Assembly: GCA_038041915.1 (NCBI GenBank)
Contig: JBBTFH010000184.1
Coordinates: forward strand, 1-41,604
Origin: Myxococcota bacterium
GTDB taxonomy: Bacteria > Myxococcota_A > Polyangia > JBBTFH01
Length of the DNA stretch: 41,604 nucleotides
Reading direction: 5' to 3'
Shown here: positions 37,579-41,604 of the stretch, piece after piece
Numbering within the stretch: position 1 is the stretch's first letter
Layout: every line of letters starts with the position of its first letter
Made by a program: the position numbers and the translations under genes
The notes under the pieces: generated by a model
Told to the model about the DNA's origin: nothing
The model's input: only the letters and a program-made list of their open reading frames with translations
Databases searched by the model: none

Positions 37579-39014
37579 GGCCATGTGAAGGTCGGCTCCA
37601 CGGTTTGGGGCGCCTCTTGCGTCGCGAGGAGGTAGATGGTCACGCCCGTGCCCGCGGCGACCACGCCGCCGACGGCCGCCCAAAACCACCAACGGCGCCA
37701 GACGGGCGGTGTCGGGTCGATCTTCTCGAGCCCTTCCTTGTCGGTGCTGTCGATGATCACGGCGCCGGGCGCCGCCGCCGCGCCGCCGCTCTTTTCGTCG
37801 GGCTCGTCGATGACGACGGTCGTGATGTCGCGGGCCTGGGGGAATTCGCTGATCGCCGCGAGGATTTCCTCGGCGAGCTTCGCGACGCCGACCTCGAGGT
37901 TGAGCAGCTCGCCGTCGAACTGCACGGAGTTGAGCTCGGCCAGCAAGTTACCATCCTTGCGGTAGAGGTAGGCGCGCAGGCCGTAGCCCTTGGGATCGCG
38001 GCCGACGTGCCCGAGCACGAGGTATTCGGCCTGCGCCGAGCCGGAGAAGCCCTTGGCCACGCTCTTCATGCGCATGTCGACGAGACCCTCGCCGAGGCGC
38101 TTGCCGATCTCACTATAGTAGGCAGATCTCAGCACGTCGCCGGCGCCGCCGGGCGTGGCCGCGGGCGCGGCGGCGGCTGTGGCCGCGCCTTCGGACGTCG
38201 GCTGCGCGGGATCGAGCGCGAGCTGCATCGACGAGGTGGCGCCGGCCGCGACGTCCATCTTCTCGACGTGCGTCTTCATTCCGGCCGCGCGCAGCACGAC
38301 GTAGTGCGAGCCCGGCAGCAGGTTGTCGGCCTTGGCAGGCGCCTCGCCGGCCTTGCGCCCGTCGACGATGACCTCGGCGCCCGCAGGCTGCGTCGTGATC
38401 GCCACAGCGCCGGTCTTGCGCTTGAGCATGCGGCCGCGCGCGCTCTTCCAGATCGCCGTGACGTTGGGTGGGTGCCCGTCGAGCTTTGGGGCGAAGGTGG
38501 TCGAAAGCGTGATGACGCGCTGGAACGCCTCGTCGCCGGCCTCTTCTTGGCCGGCGAGGATCTGTGCGACGCCCAGCAGCGCCTGCGCCTCGAGAAAATC
38601 CTCGAACCGCCCAAGCTCGCTGATGCCGGCCTCGTAGCCCTCGACCGAGCTCGTCAGCGCCGCGGCGGCCGGCGCGAACTGCTCCTTCTTCACCAGCTCG
38701 ACGGCTTTGGCGTAGAGGGCGCGCGCTTCGGCAAGCCTTTCGGCGCTCTCGCCCGACGGGCGGGCGGCTGCTGCCTGCGCCGAGCCCGCCGCGCCTTGGG
38801 CCGCCGCGCCGGCGTCGAGGCCGAGGTCGGGCATGAGCGCGATGTCGGGCGAGCGGCCGAGCTCGGCGCGCAGTTTTTCGCTGAGGCGCTGCGGCACGAG
38901 CGGCGAGACGGCGGCGCCTACGGCACGGAGGCGCACTTGGTAGACCTTGGGCGGTTGCCGCAGAGGTTGCGCAAGCGACGCCGCCGCCAGCAGCGACGGG
39001 AGAACGAATCGCAT
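37575..39014 (-). CDS. PEGA-domain protein with TPR-like helices and C-terminal TM anchor
   Basis: Signal peptide; helical ARALYAKAVELV; GAVAITTQPAGAEVIVDG...PGSHYV; PVWRRWWFWAAVGGVV. Confidence 0.8.
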   Translation of the reverse strand: MRFVLPSLLAAASLAQPLRQPPKVYQVRLRAVGAAVSPLVPQRLSEKLRAELGRSPDIALMPDLGLDAGAAAQGAAGSAQAAAARPSGESAERLAEARALYAKAVELVKKEQFAPAAAALTSSVEGYEAGISELGRFEDFLEAQALLGVAQILAGQEEAGDEAFQRVITLSTTFAPKLDGHPPNVTAIWKSARGRMLKRKTGAVAITTQPAGAEVIVDGRKAGEAPAKADNLLPGSHYVVLRAAGMKTHVEKMDVAAGATSSMQLALDPAQPTSEGAATAAAAPAATPGGAGDVLRSAYYSEIGKRLGEGLVDMRMKSVAKGFSGSAQAEYLVLGHVGRDPKGYGLRAYLYRKDGNLLAELNSVQFDGELLNLEVGVAKLAEEILAAISEFPQARDITTVVIDEPDEKSGGAAAAPGAVIIDSTDKEGLEKIDPTPPVWRRWWFWAAVGGVVAAGTGVTIYLLATQEAPQTVEPTFTWP

Positions 39015-39042
39015 CAGGGGCGCGAAGGTATCACAGCGACCG

Positions 39043-41604
39043 TTACTTCTCGACCTCGACGAAGATCGCCGCCGTGTGCGCGTAGACGAGCGCTCCGGGG
39101 GCCACCGGCGCGAGATCCTGATCGGCCGGCCCGTCGACGCGCACGAGGAACCACGTGTTGGCCGTGACGGCGACCTCGATCACCTCGTCGAGCCAGACCG
39201 GCGGAGCGGGATCGAGCGGCAACTCCTCGGTGCCCCATTCCATGACCTCGCTGCCGCCGCCGCCGAAGACGCGCACGCGCTCGACGGGGACCCAGCTCGG
39301 CGCGAGCACCTCGACGTGCAGCGTGACCATTCCGTCGTCGACCGTGACCGTGTCGCCGGGCCCGGAGTCGGTCTCCGCCGTGAAGCGGATGAACGGCCCG
39401 GTCGTAACGATGGTCGCCGCGCCGAGCATCGCGGCGACGAAATCGTCGGTGTCGATGTCGGCGGGGCCGCCGGCCATCAGCTTGACGTAGGTGCGGGCGA
39501 AGCCCGCCTCGGGGATGCGGTGGTGCGAATCGGACACGCCGGTCGGCGCCACGCGCTTGCCGTGATCGAGCAAGCTCATGTACGTGCTGAAGAGCCCCTC
39601 GTTGGGCCCGCCCTTGCCGTTGTGGGTCTCCATCGCGTCAAAGTCGAGCGTGAAGTCCTCGCCGCCTTTTCCGCTCGCGAAGTCGTAGTCGGTGGCGGTG
39701 AAGTAGCCACCCGTGCCGAAGCCGTGGTTGATCTGGACGACCTGCGCGCCGTGCGCCCGCGCCGCGTCGAAGATCTGCTGCGGCGTGAGGCCGTCCCACC
39801 ACGGCACGGCGCCGCCGTTGGAGGCGTTCTCGTCGACGGTGAGGGGATAGGGGTTGAAGTGGCCCAGCGCGAACGTCGAAATCTCGTCGCTGGTGTAGCT
39901 CATCTGGAGATCGCCGAGCCCGATGCGATCGATGGTTGGCTGGTAGTCGATGACGCGGTCGTGGTCCGACGAGATGAAGAAATCGAGGCCCTCGGCGATG
40001 TTGGTGACGATGCGCTGCTCCATCGTGACCTCGCCGTGAAGCGACGGGCCGCCGTGCATGTGCATGTCGCCCTGCATCCAGCCGCTCGAATCGACCACGT
40101 CGATGAGCGCGAGCGTCAGATCGGTCGTCACGCCGCTCTCGACGACGACGGGGCCGGCGGTCGCCAACTCGTGCTCGGCGCCGCGCGACGCGGTGAGGTC
40201 GTAAGTGCCGGGCGGGACGTCGGCCTCGAAGCTGCCGTCGGTGGACCAGAGCACGCGCTCGAAAGGTGCGTACGGGTCGCGCTCGCCGAGCATCGGATCG
40301 GGCGGCGTCGGATCGCTGCCGGACGAAAAGGCGATGGTGAGCTTGGCCGGGGTTGGATCGCCATCGACGTTCTCGACGTCGACCGACAGGCGCCCTGGCT
40401 TGGTCAGCTCCAGCTCCACGGTGGCCTTCCCGCCTGCGACGACAGTAGCGCTGCCGGGCGCGCTCTTGCCGAACCCGTGCGCGAACACGCCGGCGGGCGG
40501 CGGGCGCACCGGCACTTCGACCTCCTGGCCGATGTCGCTGCCCGTCGCGGTGACGGTGTAACTTCCGGCCGGCAGCGCCGCCTCGTAGCGGCCTTTCGCG
40601 TCGGTGCGCGCCATCGAGGCGTAGCCGGCGTCGTCCTCGACGAAGTGGACGCGCGCGCCCTCGACCGGCAGGTCGCCGGCGGTCACGGTTCCCGAGATCG
40701 TGGCCGTGCCTTCGCGAGCAAGCGCTTCGAGGCGGGCGCGGTTGAGGTCGTCGATATCGCGTCCGAGGGCGACGAAGCGGCGGTGCGTCCCCGGGACGCC
40801 CGCGGCGTACTCGATGGCGCGGGTCGGGAAGAAGAGGGAGAGGTCGTTGGCGGCGAGGTTCTGCACCGCGCCGGCGATCGCCTGCTGCGTGCCGAGCGGT
40901 CCGTCGGCGAAGAAACCGTAGGCCATGTGCTGGTCCTCGCCCGCGATGCCCATCATGATCAGATCGTCGACGTCGCCGCCGCGCTCGAAGCCGGGGCCGA
41001 GCACCCACGGATCGAAGCCGTCGTCGCTCATCAGGATGAAGTCGCCGGTTTCGATCGTGGCGTCATCGGGCGAGACGGCGGTCGTGGTGACTTCGAGGTA
41101 AGAGGCGCCGGGCCGCAGCCGGTACTCGTTCATGACCTGGAGATTCCACGGCTGGGGGCTCAGGCCAAAACCCGCGACGAGCGAGATCAGCGCGTCGTGG
41201 CCGACGGCGCGAACCACCGCGTCCTCGCCGTCCGAGCCGTCCGAGACGACGCAAACGTCGTCGGCGGCGAAGGCGTTGAACAAGAAGGCCGTCGCGTACT
41301 CGTCGATGCGGTCCTCGCCCCACTCGTCGCCCGAGCGCACCAGGTCGGCGTCGATCAGCGCGCCGCCGTAGGGGACGTAGTTGTCGCCGTCGCGCTCGCT
41401 CTGGATGATGAACGCGACGCGGTCGTTGTAGAGTTTGAAGTCGCCGACCTTGCCGTCGCGGCTGTCGCCGCCGAGGAGCTGCGCCGCGTCGGTCACGCGG
41501 CCGGCGCGCACTTCCCCCGCGCCGAGCGCGGCAAGCTCGGTTGCGCCGTCGCCGCCGCCCTTGCACGTGAAGGCGAATTCGCCCTCGGACTCGGCTTCGG
41601 CCTC
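39043..41604 (-). CDS. CehA/McbA-like PHP-domain metallohydrolase with carboxypeptidase-regulatory-like domains; 5' end beyond the window
   Basis: Frame is open to the window edge (EAEAESEGE...); GDMHMHG, SSDHD, EIST..LGHFN, QINH, GVSDSH, GFARTYV, TTGPFI. Confidence 0.82.
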   Translation of the reverse strand, partial: EAEAESEGEFAFTCKGGGDGATELAALGAGEVRAGRVTDAAQLLGGDSRDGKVGDFKLYNDRVAFIIQSERDGDNYVPYGGALIDADLVRSGDEWGEDRIDEYATAFLFNAFAADDVCVVSDGSDGEDAVVRAVGHDALISLVAGFGLSPQPWNLQVMNEYRLRPGASYLEVTTTAVSPDDATIETGDFILMSDDGFDPWVLGPGFERGGDVDDLIMMGIAGEDQHMAYGFFADGPLGTQQAIAGAVQNLAANDLSLFFPTRAIEYAAGVPGTHRRFVALGRDIDDLNRARLEALAREGTATISGTVTAGDLPVEGARVHFVEDDAGYASMARTDAKGRYEAALPAGSYTVTATGSDIGQEVEVPVRPPPAGVFAHGFGKSAPGSATVVAGGKATVELELTKPGRLSVDVENVDGDPTPAKLTIAFSSGSDPTPPDPMLGERDPYAPFERVLWSTDGSFEADVPPGTYDLTASRGAEHELATAGPVVVESGVTTDLTLALIDVVDSSGWMQGDMHMHGGPSLHGEVTMEQRIVTNIAEGLDFFISSDHDRVIDYQPTIDRIGLGDLQMSYTSDEISTFALGHFNPYPLTVDENASNGGAVPWWDGLTPQQIFDAARAHGAQVVQINHGFGTGGYFTATDYDFASGKGGEDFTLDFDAMETHNGKGGPNEGLFSTYMSLLDHGKRVAPTGVSDSHHRIPEAGFARTYVKLMAGGPADIDTDDFVAAMLGAATIVTTGPFIRFTAETDSGPGDTVTVDDGMVTLHVEVLAPSWVPVERVRVFGGGGSEVMEWGTEELPLDPAPPVWLDEVIEVAVTANTWFLVRVDGPADQDLAPVAPGALVYAHTAAIFVEVEK

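Overview
Gene-dense, very GC-rich bacterial chromosomal segment. The gene content (MXAN_5187-family protein, PEGA/Kelch/Ig-like lipoproteins, FHA-PP2C signalling, multiheme cytochrome) suggests a Myxococcota or related deltaproteobacterial lineage; this is an inference. About 30 CDSs are supportable: cysH (partial), a CapA-family protein, a beta-barrel plus multiheme cytochrome pair, an OmpA/MotB-type lipoprotein, a degenerate tandem DsbA, pssA-like and plsB, comEC-FHA-PP2C/cNMP, a GT-C glycosyltransferase, cupredoxin-like/MXAN_5187/bacterial histone, PBP1A, a TrmH-family methyltransferase, an ECF sigma/anti-sigma operon with a transglycosylase, trpS, and a block of secreted or lipoprotein genes. 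No rRNA, tRNA, CRISPR array or transposase was seen. The main signals are: a Bd0055-like bacterial histone; an identical 24-bp palindromic element at almost the same distance upstream of comEC and of the dsbA-like gene; a 33-bp hairpin inserted in frame in trpS; a G9 tract that frameshifts a lipoprotein signal peptide off its body; a candidate porin-cytochrome conduit; and TANNNT boxes 5-11 nt before many start codons, suggesting leaderless transcription. All family calls come from motif recognition by eye, not database searches.
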